A stretch of 28,870 nucleotides of DNA, taken from contig CAVYAN010000123.1 of assembly GCA_963766075.1 (NCBI GenBank), forward strand, positions 1 to 28,870. Reading direction: 5' to 3'. This stretch comes from an uncultured cyanobacterium (GTDB taxonomy: Bacteria > Cyanobacteriota > Cyanobacteriia > Leptolyngbyales > Leptolyngbyaceae). The position numbers and the translations under genes are program-made. Shown here in pieces: positions 17,569 through 26,120 of the stretch (the first letter of the stretch is position 1; every line of letters starts with the position of its first letter). The notes beneath the pieces were generated by a model that saw nothing but the letters and a program-made list of their open reading frames with translations, was not told where the DNA came from and did not search any database.

Positions 17569-18099
17569 TCTGGGAACCACTAACCCCCCGGAAAACCCTA
17601 CGGATACCAACCATGAGGTAAAACGCATTGCAAATAGCATTAATAACATTGTCATCCAACCACCTTGGTCATTCAACAATCTTGCAGGGTGCTAAGGGCT
17701 TGCGGTTAGACTGACGACCCTGCTGCCCATGGGCGCAACGGACTTCAGTAATTCCTCTCGTGATGGCTGGCTCTGGAATGAGCGCTGTCAGTGATAATAC
17801 AGAATTCTTTTTGGTTTAGCAAATTGAATTTATCCACAGCATGCTTGGATGATCGGGGGTATCCCCTATGCTTTTCGGGGATATTTGCAGTACTGGTGCG
17901 GGTTGGTCATCGCTGTGACCTTGCCACCAGGCCATGAGTCGCCCTAGGGGTAGAGTACGTACTGGGATTTGGCAACACATTTAGTGCCTTTTCTCGCTGT
18001 TCCGGCAATCGTGGCCCACGGCGGGGCCTGAGTCTGCCACTGGAGTGATGGCGAGGTGGCCCTAGCCCCAGCTTTACAAAACTATGGACTTAGAGTGGA

Positions 18100-18933
18100 T
18101 TACGTTGAGGATGCGATCGCACTCTTTAAGCTTTGGCAAAATTCCTGGACTGCCTGCAACCCCTGCTGAGGGGTCCCTTCCGCCAACCGTTTGACAATGG
18201 CACTGCCCACAATAATGCCGTCCGCGCCCCACTCCATTACCTGCCGCGCCTGCTCCGGCTGAGAAATGCCAAAACCCACGCCAATCGGCTTGTCCGTCAC
18301 GCCGCGCAATTCGGCAATTAAATCTTTTACCCGCGCTTGCACCTGGGCGCGCATACCAGTAACACCAGTGGTGCTCACCAGGTAGATGAAGCCCTGAGAC
18401 TGCTCGGCGATCGCCACAATCCGCTCTTTAGGACTGGTTGGAGCCACCAGCAATGTCAACTCAATGCCGTGGGCTGCTGCGGGCTTGAGTAAGGTTTCTG
18501 CCTCTTCCAAGGGCAAATCCGGTACCACAAGTCCTTTAACGCCAGCCTGTGCAATCTGGGCCAAAAAAGTATCGATGCCCCGATTCAGGATGGGATTGTA
18601 GTAGGTAAATAGAATAATCGGCGATCGCAGCGTCGGTGATACCGTTTGCACAAGCTCCAAGACACTATCTAACCGAGTGCCCTGGGCCAATGCCCGCGTG
18701 GCCGCCGCCTGAATCACTGGTCCATCCGCCAACGGATCTGAGTAAGGCACCCCCAGTTCAATCATATCCGCACCGCTCTGATCCAGCAGCCGAAGGGCGG
18801 CTGCCGTGGTGCCCAGGTCAGGATCCCCCGCCGTAATGAACGGAATTAGAGCACATCGGGCATGGGCACGCAACTCCTCAAAGGCTTGCGAAACAGTTCG
18901 AGGGGCAAATTGCAATGAAGAATCAGAAGACAT
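18100..18933 (-). CDS. trpA: Tryptophan synthase alpha chain
   Basis: [64 protein letters not shown]. Confidence 0.98.
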   Translation of the reverse strand: MSSDSSLQFAPRTVSQAFEELRAHARCALIPFITAGDPDLGTTAAALRLLDQSGADMIELGVPYSDPLADGPVIQAAATRALAQGTRLDSVLELVQTVSPTLRSPIILFTYYNPILNRGIDTFLAQIAQAGVKGLVVPDLPLEEAETLLKPAAAHGIELTLLVAPTSPKERIVAIAEQSQGFIYLVSTTGVTGMRAQVQARVKDLIAELRGVTDKPIGVGFGISQPEQARQVMEWGADGIIVGSAIVKRLAEGTPQQGLQAVQEFCQSLKSAIASST

Positions 18934-19065
18934 GCTAGGTTCAGGCGGCTAAACAGTTACCGTCCGCCATTCTCCTATAAAACGCGGCGCGAGAAGAGGC
19001 AAAAAGAGACGCCCGCAGCAATACATCCCCGCCGCCTGCCTCAGAAGCTTTACTGGGAGGTGATT

Positions 19066-19380
19066 TCAGCCCTGCTTAGCCCGTCTCTCCTGCTCAATTT
19101 CTGCCTGTAGCTTGGCCAATTCCTCCGGTGATAGTTCGTCCAAGCGCTTTTGCAGGACTGCTTCTTCATAGTCCCGCAACTGCTGGGCATAGGTCATGCC
19201 CTTGGTCGCGGCCCGAAATACGTAGGTGGCGACCCAGCCCAACAGGCCCAGCACCAGCAACGCTTGGGACCAGATCCCCGCCTTCTCGCCATCCAGACCA
19301 ATGATCTGCAACAACAGATACAAAGCACCCCCCAGGGCGAAGGTCCCGATACCGATCCCAATCACATCAATTCGACGCAT
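19066..19380 (-). CDS. DUF3007 family membrane protein
   Basis: MRRIDVIGIG, two hydrophobic segments, then MTYAQQLRDYEEAVLQKRLDELSPEELAKLQAEIE; conserved position between ndhL and trpA in cyanobacteria. Confidence 0.9.
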   Translation of the reverse strand: MRRIDVIGIGIGTFALGGALYLLLQIIGLDGEKAGIWSQALLVLGLLGWVATYVFRAATKGMTYAQQLRDYEEAVLQKRLDELSPEELAKLQAEIEQERRAKQG

Positions 19381-19439
19381 GCTTAACGCTCACAAAGCCT
19401 TCCAGCTCAGATACTCGGCCTCTCCACCACCGCCAAAGG

Positions 19440-19652
19440 CTAAGCCGGAATTTGGCGCTTTTGAGGACGAAAGTTGAGAAAAGGGGCTAAGAGTAACAAT
19501 CCGGGAAAAAACAGAAACACTAAAAAGTACATAAAGCCCCTCTCAAAGGAGCTGGCCACATACCAGCGGGTATTCAGATAGAAATACAGTCCAGCCGGGA
19601 TCACCAGCAGAAACGCTCCGGCAAGGGACAGGTAAAATAGGGCAAGAATCAT
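19440..19652 (-). CDS. ndhL: NAD(P)H-quinone oxidoreductase subunit L
   Basis: [42 protein letters not shown] signature. Confidence 0.95.
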   Translation of the reverse strand: MILALFYLSLAGAFLLVIPAGLYFYLNTRWYVASSFERGFMYFLVFLFFPGLLLLAPFLNFRPQKRQIPA

Positions 19653-19834
19653 ACGTGCAGATTTCCTGAATGTACGGTCAGACTTCGCTCTATTCTACCG
19701 CCTGATTTGCGGCGATCGCGCGATTTGCCGCCGGGAAAAGCATTGAGATTTTTGCACCGCAGCATCAGCAAGGCACCGATCCATGCTGCCCAACGTCTAA
19801 ACCCTGCTAAAACTGAAGACAGGCCGAGTGGTTC

Positions 19835-19864
19835 AATCCAAAATCCAAAATCCAAAATCCAAAA
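19835..19864. repeat. Heptamer short tandem repeat (AATCCAA x4), cyanobacterial STRR-like
   Basis: AATCCAAAATCCAAAATCCAAAATCCAAAA read directly. Confidence 0.9.
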
Positions 19865-19915
19865 GATATGGAATAATCTAAAAGCTTCATCGATAGTGCG
19901 ATCGGTGATCCTTCT

Positions 19916-19998
19916 GGGGGCATGGCGGAATGGCAGACGCTACGGACTTAAAATCCGTTGACCGAAAGGTCGTGTGGGTTCAAGTCCCACTGCCCCCA
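19916..19998 (+). tRNA. trnL: tRNA-Leu(UAA), without group I intron
   Basis: Acceptor stem GGGGGCA/TGCCCCC plus discriminator A; D-arm GGCGGAATGGCAGACGC; anticodon arm ACGGA-CTTAAAA-TCCGT; long variable arm GACCGAAAGGTC; T-arm GTGGG-TTCAAGT-CCCAC. Confidence 0.97.
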
Positions 19999-20562
19999 TT
20001 ATTCTTCTTCTTCCCAAAGCCGGGTGAGTTGCTGTTGCCAAGCGTCTAGGGTGGCTTCGCGAACAGCGGCATCGTCTTCAAGATTGCCCATAACCCCCTC
20101 GGCGTAGAAGCGTTCCAGAATTTGCAGGGTTGCGGCCATCGATTGCCCTTGCTGTTTAGCCGCCCGAATAATCGTTCTTACCTGTTGCTCCACGAATTGA
20201 TTAAAGCTATTGTCCAAGCCCTGCTGATTCAGCAGCAGCAACTGCTGGAGGGCATTGGTAAAGTCCTCTTCGGCTAACCCGACCATGCTGTGCTGATAGA
20301 CGCCCCACAGGATATTCTGGCTGAGGGCATAGCGGGTTTCTAGGGTCTGGTCAAAATTCGCCATCATTAACTGTTCTAGAAACGGGCGGGCTGCTTCTGC
20401 TGGGGCAATGGAAATGATCGCCCGCAACCAAGACTGATCGTCTGAAAGCAGCACGAGCAGTCGAAAATCCGGGGTTTCAACTTGCCAGAGATCGGGGGCT
20501 GTGGTTATGGTGGCCATACCGAAGATCTGCGTCAGTTGGTTGGAAATTTGGTCAGGTAACAT
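19999..20562 (-). CDS. Conserved cyanobacterial hypothetical protein with a YbjN/CesT chaperone-like N-terminal domain
   Basis: WQVETPDFRLLVLLSDDQSWLR...LMMANFDQTLETRYAL...LWGVYQH pattern; intact 187-aa ORF. The fold assignment is inferred. Confidence 0.75.
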   Translation of the reverse strand: MLPDQISNQLTQIFGMATITTAPDLWQVETPDFRLLVLLSDDQSWLRAIISIAPAEAARPFLEQLMMANFDQTLETRYALSQNILWGVYQHSMVGLAEEDFTNALQQLLLLNQQGLDNSFNQFVEQQVRTIIRAAKQQGQSMAATLQILERFYAEGVMGNLEDDAAVREATLDAWQQQLTRLWEEEE

Positions 20563-20653
20563 GGGGCAGCAGAAGGTTCAGGGGAAAAGAGATTTTTAAG
20601 AGAAAAGAGATGTGTTACGGGGGGCGGGGCTTCAAGGAGATTTCTCCTCAGAT

Positions 20654-20694
20654 GGCTGAGCGGGGCAGAAGCTGGCTTCGGCTAAGTCGAAGGG
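20654..20694. repeat. Degenerate REP-like element (CTGAGCGRAGTCGAAG family)
   Basis: GGCTGAGCGGGGCAGAAG and CTAAGTCGAAGGG resemble the better-preserved copies at 23614-23680. Confidence 0.45.
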
Positions 20695-20841
20695 CAAAAC
20701 CGCCCCAGGTAAAGTCTTTTCTGGAAATTGCCTAAGCGGGCTGGAGAATCGTCTCTGAAGAATTGGCATTACCGACCTAACTTACATCAATCCTGGGGCT
20801 GCCAGGGCTGATGAGACACGATAAAGTCAAAAAAATCCCCT

Positions 20842-20872
20842 AAAAAAATCCCCTGACAGGGAAGTCAGGGGA
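20842..20872 (-). terminator. Rho-independent terminator downstream of the DUF4912 gene
   Basis: Stem TCCCCTGAC (20849-20857) / GTCAGGGGA (20864-20872) with a 6-nt loop. The A7 at 20842-20848 gives a U-tract on the minus strand, ~95 bp after the stop. Confidence 0.8.
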
Positions 20873-20965
20873 AAGGGGGTAAAGCTTTTGCTGAATTACT
20901 CGCTAACGACTGGGCGCTAGCGACTGGCATTAATCATCAGTAGCCCACTTATGTGAACTTGCTAC

Positions 20966-22291
20966 TTAATTGGGTAGCCATTCTTCAACGGCTTCTGCCT
21001 TCGTATTGGTGCGCCGTTCTAGGGTTTGGCGATTGAAGGTCATGTGAACAGCTCGATTCTGTTCCCCGTCCGCCGCTACGGCCAGGATTGGGAAGTCAAT
21101 ATTGCCGTCGGGGAAGTGCATTTGGAAGCGGAAGGTTCCGTCGGAGTTGAGCTTGATCGGCTGCCCACCGATGGTAACGGTAGCATCGGGCTCGGTGGCC
21201 CCGTAGACAATCAGCTCGGCATCAGCCACCAGCCAGAACTTGCGGGGACGCATTGGAGGAGCCGAGGCAAAAGACCCCATCATCCCCATGCCGGAGGCAG
21301 TTAAACCCATGCCTACGCCAGAGGCGGTTAAACCCATGCCTACGCCAGAGGCGGTTAAACCCATGCCTACACCAGAGGCCGTCAATCCTGAGGTCGTTGG
21401 CACGGCCCACATTCCGACACCCGAAGGAAAAACATAGGAACTGATTGACTCAGCACCCACCATTTGGGCTGATCCCGGTGGAATTGAGCCAGCGACATGC
21501 TGCATAGAACCAAAGATCGACCCGTCCACTCGCATGGACTCTGCCGTTTCTGCCAAGCTATAGAGTTGCTCGTAGAGGGCGATGGTGGCAGCCTGCTTGC
21601 GGCTGGGGGGCACCAGTTCAGCAAACGTGGCACCCGGTAGGGACTCTTCCCACTTAACGGTGATGAAGTGGTCCTCGATCCAGTCTGAAGGGTAAACAGG
21701 TGGAATGCGGACTGAGGCGGAGCGAGCTAGCACGAGCCAGCGCCCATCAAACGCGCGATAACCGATGTCGATTACATAGTCGCGATCGCTAACGGGCACG
21801 GGCAAATACCACTCTCGGGCCAATTCGTCGCAAGGGTATTCCAGCAAGCTGTGGGGAGCCTGACTGGCAATATCGATATCCGTCACATCGTAAAGCCGGA
21901 GCGCCAGTTGCTGGCCACCTTGCCGTCGCATATCACTGCGCGCTTCTTCGGGCACATCCCAGTAGGCATAGGCCCACTGAGGATCCCGAGGCATCAAGAC
22001 AATCCGGCTTTCTCCATACCCATCGGGTAAATCAGGTAAGCCTTCATCTACCGAGGCTAGCCCCACAGACTGCACCTCTTGACCCACATCAAATTTTGCT
22101 GCTTCCACGACTTCTTGAGCCTCTAACTCGCGTACTGAACTCATCACACCTCGACTCCGCTCGATTTCCTGGATGGACTCCAGGAGTTGATCTTTGCGCA
22201 TCCGGCTGTAGCGGGACACGCCATATTCACTCGCGACCCGACGGAGTTGCCGTAGGGTCATTTCTTCTAGGGGGGGACGTTCGTTTGACAT
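20966..22291 (-). CDS. DUF4912 domain protein with an N-terminal Rho_N-like nucleic-acid-binding domain
   Basis: LEEMTLRQLRRVASEYGVSRYSRMRKDQLL (Rho_N-like); LPDGYGESRIVLMPRDPQWAYAYWD (DUF4912); RKFWLVADAELIVYGATEPDATVTIGG C-terminal domain. Confidence 0.93.
   Translation of the reverse strand: MSNERPPLEEMTLRQLRRVASEYGVSRYSRMRKDQLLESIQEIERSRGVMSSVRELEAQEVVEAAKFDVGQEVQSVGLASVDEGLPDLPDGYGESRIVLMPRDPQWAYAYWDVPEEARSDMRRQGGQQLALRLYDVTDIDIASQAPHSLLEYPCDELAREWYLPVPVSDRDYVIDIGYRAFDGRWLVLARSASVRIPPVYPSDWIEDHFITVKWEESLPGATFAELVPPSRKQAATIALYEQLYSLAETAESMRVDGSIFGSMQHVAGSIPPGSAQMVGAESISSYVFPSGVGMWAVPTTSGLTASGVGMGLTASGVGMGLTASGVGMGLTASGMGMMGSFASAPPMRPRKFWLVADAELIVYGATEPDATVTIGGQPIKLNSDGTFRFQMHFPDGNIDFPILAVAADGEQNRAVHMTFNRQTLERRTNTKAEAVEEWLPN
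21285..21388. repeat. In-frame 27-bp tandem repeat encoding GLTASG(V/M)GM x4 within DUF4912
   Basis: Unit AAACCCATGCCTACGCCAGAGGCGGTT is present twice identically, with degenerate flanking copies. Confidence 0.9.
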
Positions 22292-22636
22292 GATTCCTAA
22301 CTTTTCTCTTTTGCTGTGGCTTAGGGTGGCAGGGAAGGATAAGGGCTGTTCACTATAACGTTCGATTAAATTTGACTGAATTTGATACTGAATTTGATTC
22401 TGAATTATCAGCCTATGGGATCACTGGAATCATAGGCTGGGATCGCACGGCTATAGGACAGTGCGGACGCATACCCAGAGTGGTGGTACGGAGTTGTACC
22501 GGCACTCTAGGGGCGGGATCGCCTGTGTTTGTCCCATGGGATCGCCTGTGTTCATAGTGCAGAAAATTACCGGACAGATCAAGGGTGAAAATTGAGAATT
22601 TTAGGCATATGTACGCATCATCAAGCAAAACGGGAT

Positions 22637-22664
22637 CAATATGTCATGAATTTATGACATATTG
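22637..22664. promoter_or_regulatory. 28-bp palindrome (11-6-11) in the divergent DUF4912/DUF2993 promoter region
   Basis: CAATATGTCAT-GAATTT-ATGACATATTG; the arms are perfect reverse complements. Confidence 0.55.
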
Positions 22665-22806
22665 TGGGATCGCTAGGATCACAAATATCAGGATAACTTG
22701 ACTTAGTGAGATGTTCCGTGCGCCGCTATACTCAGAGAGTTCTGCCTGTCGCTGCCGATGTGCCTGGATCACTCGCACCTGGATTACCCTATGTCTGAGC
22801 CGTTGT

Positions 22807-23526
22807 ATGCCTGAATCAAGTCACGTGATTAGTCGGGTATTATCTCCGGCAGTGGGACTGTGGTTGAAATCGCAGCTTGAGCATGTGGAAGACTTGCAGG
22901 TGCAGATCACGGCGGGCGATCGCCAACTCCTCTCCGGTTGTATTGCTAGTGTTACTGTATCCGCCAGCTACGCCGTGTATCAGGGCTTGCACGTTCGTCA
23001 GGTTTCCTTGACAGGCGAAACCATTCGCACGAATCTTGGGCAAGTGCTGCGGGGGAAACCTTTTCGCCTAGTGGAGGGATTCCCCGTGGAGGGGAATCTC
23101 CGCATCCACGCTACAGACTTGAATACTTCCCTGCGCTCCCCGCTGCTCGCTAAGGCGGTTACGGATTTTCTATTGACGCTATTGCAGCCGGAACCTGAAA
23201 TGCCACAATCTGGGAATCCGTCTATTCACCTCCAGGATCCCCAGGTTGATCTGTATGACGGGGGCCTCACCTTGAGTGCAACATTGCTGTCAGAGCGGGG
23301 CGGGGCCAATTCCGTGGCGGTTCGGACCCAACTCGCCGTGAGTGAGGAAAATCAATTGCAATTGTTGAATCCTCAGTGGTTGCCCCATGCGCGGGCCAAA
23401 AAAGGCATGGCGATCGCCGATCTCCAGGGCTATACCCTTGATCTGGGCAGCGATACTCAAATTCAGGATCTGACCATTCAGGATCAGCACATTACCCTGC
23501 GGGCGCGGCTGATGGTGCAGCCCTAG
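22807..23526 (+). CDS. DUF2993 / LmeA-like phospholipid-binding protein
   Basis: VISRVLSPAVGLWLKSQLEHVEDLQVQITAGDRQLLSGCIASVTVSA...YQGL...NLGQVLRGKPFRL. ATG 22807 is preferred over 22711 because the extension is not family-like. Confidence 0.85.
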   Translation: MPESSHVISRVLSPAVGLWLKSQLEHVEDLQVQITAGDRQLLSGCIASVTVSASYAVYQGLHVRQVSLTGETIRTNLGQVLRGKPFRLVEGFPVEGNLRIHATDLNTSLRSPLLAKAVTDFLLTLLQPEPEMPQSGNPSIHLQDPQVDLYDGGLTLSATLLSERGGANSVAVRTQLAVSEENQLQLLNPQWLPHARAKKGMAIADLQGYTLDLGSDTQIQDLTIQDQHITLRARLMVQP

Positions 23527-23597
23527 AAGAGATTCGATTTAGATCTATGCCGCCCGATTGATTTTGCCCTCCTAGCCCAATTACCTGCTCCTGGCTA

Positions 23598-23680
23598 CCC
23601 TGCGGGAAGCGAACTACGGCTCCACTCAGCCAGCGAGAGATTGCTCCCTGAGCGAAGTCGAAGGGAGCGAAGTCGAAGGG
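23598..23680. repeat. REP-like palindromic repeat cluster between convergent DUF2993 and cdsA
   Basis: CTACGGCTCCACTCAGCC (23614-23631) is an imperfect inverted partner of CCCTGAGCGAAGTCGAAGGG (23646-23665). The 15-mer GAGCGAAGTCGAAGG is tandemly duplicated. CCCTGCGGGAAGCGAACTAC at 23598 abuts the cluster. Confidence 0.65.
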
Positions 23681-23747
23681 AACAATCTTGGTCGGCATAA
23701 TTTCCCCTGGGAATAGCCTAAGACCATTAGGAGTAGGGGTCTACGGT

Positions 23748-24638
23748 TTAGGTCATCGCGATTCGCGGCAGAACGGGCAGCACCAGCGTAATAAAGTAGT
23801 AGACCAATGGAGCCGTAAAAACATAGCTGTCGGCTCGGTCCAGAATACCTCCATGGCCTGGGATCAACTGTCCCGAATCCTTCACGCCTGCATCGCGTTT
23901 CATCATGGATTCCGTCAGATCCCCCAGCAGGCTTGCAACTCCGATGAGCAGGCCAAACAACGTGCCTGAGACGGGCCAACCTGTCCAGTGCAGCGCCTGG
24001 GAACCGATGATCCCGACGATAATACTAGCCACCATGCCAAATACGGCACCTTCCACAGTCTTCTTGGGGCTAATGTCGGACAGGCGCGTCCGGCCAAACA
24101 GCTTGCCAAACAGGTAGGCGCCAATATCCGAAGCCCAAATGCACGCAAATGCCAGCAGTGTGCAGCTTAAGCCCTGGGGTAAAGCGCTGAGGGATGAACC
24201 CCAAAAATTCCCGGAGAACCAATAGCCATCGAGGGGTAGGTTGCTGGCGCTCGATTGCCCTAAGGCGCGCAGCCGCACCCAAAAGCTGGGCAAGTATCCC
24301 CCATAGAAGAGCCCCAAAATTGAGGTGGAAATATCGGCGATCGTGGAGAGCTTGGGCTGGAATAGGAGATAAAAACAAATCAGTGCCCCCGCCACGGGAA
24401 ATACGGCATCGGCCAAAGGCGGGGCAACAGTAGAAATGAAGAGCAGAGCTTGACTCACTACCAGCGTCGTCTTAGCGGCAGGAACAATGCCTTTGGCCCG
24501 GACAAGCTGAAAGTACTCCAACTGGCCCAGGTAGATTAGCAGCCCAAATGCCAGGGTAAAGTACCACCCTCCCAGCGTTACTAGGCTTAGGGCAAGGGCG
24601 ATCGCCACAATTGCACTCACAATACGGGACGACGGCAT
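23748..24638 (-). CDS. cdsA: Phosphatidate cytidylyltransferase
   Basis: Multi-TM protein with IWASDIGAY, ISPKKTVEG and GDLTESMMKRDAGVKDSGQLIPGHGGILDRADS. Confidence 0.97.
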   Translation of the reverse strand: MPSSRIVSAIVAIALALSLVTLGGWYFTLAFGLLIYLGQLEYFQLVRAKGIVPAAKTTLVVSQALLFISTVAPPLADAVFPVAGALICFYLLFQPKLSTIADISTSILGLFYGGYLPSFWVRLRALGQSSASNLPLDGYWFSGNFWGSSLSALPQGLSCTLLAFACIWASDIGAYLFGKLFGRTRLSDISPKKTVEGAVFGMVASIIVGIIGSQALHWTGWPVSGTLFGLLIGVASLLGDLTESMMKRDAGVKDSGQLIPGHGGILDRADSYVFTAPLVYYFITLVLPVLPRIAMT

Positions 24639-24874
24639 AGATCCAAGAATTCCCGAAAAAATAACCCTGACAGATGTCCCCTAGCCTGCCTAGCCTGCTT
24701 GCCTAACTCTCGGTTAGCTCAAGGTTAAGAAGGTTAAGAGGCTTTGCAACACTTTAACGGATTTGTGGCAACTTACCGGATTTTTAGCGTGTAAATTTTA
24801 GATTGGAGCCAAAACTAAGGACTATGGACACTCCGGCCCCTTGCCTCTTGCGCCCCAGCGCTCTGGCTTTTCCC

Positions 24875-25477
24875 CTAGTCTAATTTCTCCCCGCTGAGAA
24901 TGAAAATCGGATCAATCGCGGCAAAGGTTTGGTGAATGCCGCGTTTTTCCAAACGGTTGACGGAGGATTGCACCACCTCGATGTTGCGGATGTGCAATTC
25001 GGCAAAGCTTTCGGAGACCTGATAGAGGGTTTCAAGGTTGGCGGCAGTGGCGACAATGCGTCCGGTTTGGGGAAGGGTTTTCCAGGCAGCTTTGACGATT
25101 TCTTTAATCGATCGCCCTCCTTCAATACAAACGCGATCGGGTCGGTGCGGCAAGTCGGCGAGACAGTCCGGGGCGCTGCCTTCAATAACTTCCACATTGG
25201 TGACACCGAAGCGATCGCAATTTCGCTGAATGAGGCTAGCCACTTCTTCATCCCGTTCGACAGCAATAATTTTCCCCTGGGGACACAGTAGCCCTGCCTC
25301 TACGGAAACCGTGCCTGTACCCGCACCAATATCCCACAGCACAGAATTGGGTTGCAGCCGCAAGTAGGACAGCAGCAGTAGCCGCAATTCACGGGGACTA
25401 AGGGGAATTCCCGGCAATCGTTCAAATAAGTCATCCGGAATCCCCGGCGTGACATAGGACCAAAGCGAAGAGGGCAT
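24875..25477 (-). CDS. cbiT: Precorrin-6Y/cobalt-precorrin-6B C15-methyltransferase (decarboxylating)
   Basis: PGIPDDLFERLPGIPLSPRELR, SAM motif VLWDIGAGTGTVSVE, IAVERD, IEGSAP, IEGG. Confidence 0.95.
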   Translation of the reverse strand: MPSSLWSYVTPGIPDDLFERLPGIPLSPRELRLLLLSYLRLQPNSVLWDIGAGTGTVSVEAGLLCPQGKIIAVERDEEVASLIQRNCDRFGVTNVEVIEGSAPDCLADLPHRPDRVCIEGGRSIKEIVKAAWKTLPQTGRIVATAANLETLYQVSESFAELHIRNIEVVQSSVNRLEKRGIHQTFAAIDPIFILSGEKLD

Positions 25478-25634
25478 GGGCGGGGGGGGGGGAGGAATTG
25501 TGGCGGTACTCTGATTTTTGAGAAAGTTCTTTGGGAACGCTAGTGATGAGCCCAGCTCTAGGAAATGCCCAGGAAATTGACAATCCGGTTATTTCCCTGG
25601 GATGGCTCTCTCCATTATTCCAGCATTCATCATA

Positions 25635-26039
25635 ATGACGGACTTTTATCAGCAGCAGCATATTTTGGTGATTGAGGACGATGCAGGGCAACGGAGCTTA
25701 ACCCTAGAGTCTCCTGTATACGCGATTGGGCGTGATTCTAAGTGTGATATTCGATTGGTGTCACAGTTTGTTTCGCGCCGCCATGCGACGCTGGTGCAAC
25801 TTTCCCGCGAAGATGGAACGACCTATTACCGCATGACGGACGGCACTTTGCGCGGGAAGAAAAGTGCGAATGGCTTGCTGATCAATGGCCAAAAATTGCA
25901 GACGCGCGATTTACAGGGACAGGATGAAATTATTTTTGGTCCGGGTGTGCGGGCCACCTACCATCTCCGGGGATATTCCGTTGTCAAACTAACCGAAACG
26001 GAGGCGTTGAAAAGTACTGTGATTGATACAGTCCCTTGA
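25635..26039 (+). CDS. FHA domain-containing protein
   Basis: HILVIEDDAGQR...YAIGRDSKCDIRLVSQFVSRRHATL...SANGLLING; FHA G-R, S-x-x-H and N-G motifs. ATG 25635 is preferred over 25602. Confidence 0.9.
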   Translation: MTDFYQQQHILVIEDDAGQRSLTLESPVYAIGRDSKCDIRLVSQFVSRRHATLVQLSREDGTTYYRMTDGTLRGKKSANGLLINGQKLQTRDLQGQDEIIFGPGVRATYHLRGYSVVKLTETEALKSTVIDTVP

Positions 26040-26120
26040 TGAGTGTGAGGCAAGCGGCAGGGGCTTTGACCCTGTACCAAACCTGGCCGCGATCCGGCAG
26101 CGATGGATTGGGCCCTGTGC

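Noticed and set aside
17347..18099. c-di-GMP-I or other riboswitch upstream of the envelope operon
   Set aside because: I could not find the GGCAAA...GAAA...GACGCAAAG-type core on the minus strand; an Rfam scan would be needed to exclude divergent ones.
19649..19961. ORFs 19649..19855 (-) and 19707..19961 (+)
   Set aside because: They run through the heptamer repeat, the divergent promoter region or the tRNA and have no protein-like features.
22372..22628. Short ORFs 22372..22557 (+) and 22413..22628 (-)
   Set aside because: They have TTG starts, lie in a repeat-rich promoter region and show no motifs.
22637..22664. Chromosomal dif (XerC/D) site
   Set aside because: The 11-6-11 geometry fits, but the arms lack the ATAA/TTATGTTAAAT-type consensus and are perfectly symmetric.
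24680..24740. Short duplications (CCTAGCCTG x2, AAGGTTAAG x2) upstream of cdsA
   Set aside because: Two-copy micro-repeats are common in cyanobacterial intergenic DNA and are not distinguishable from slippage noise.
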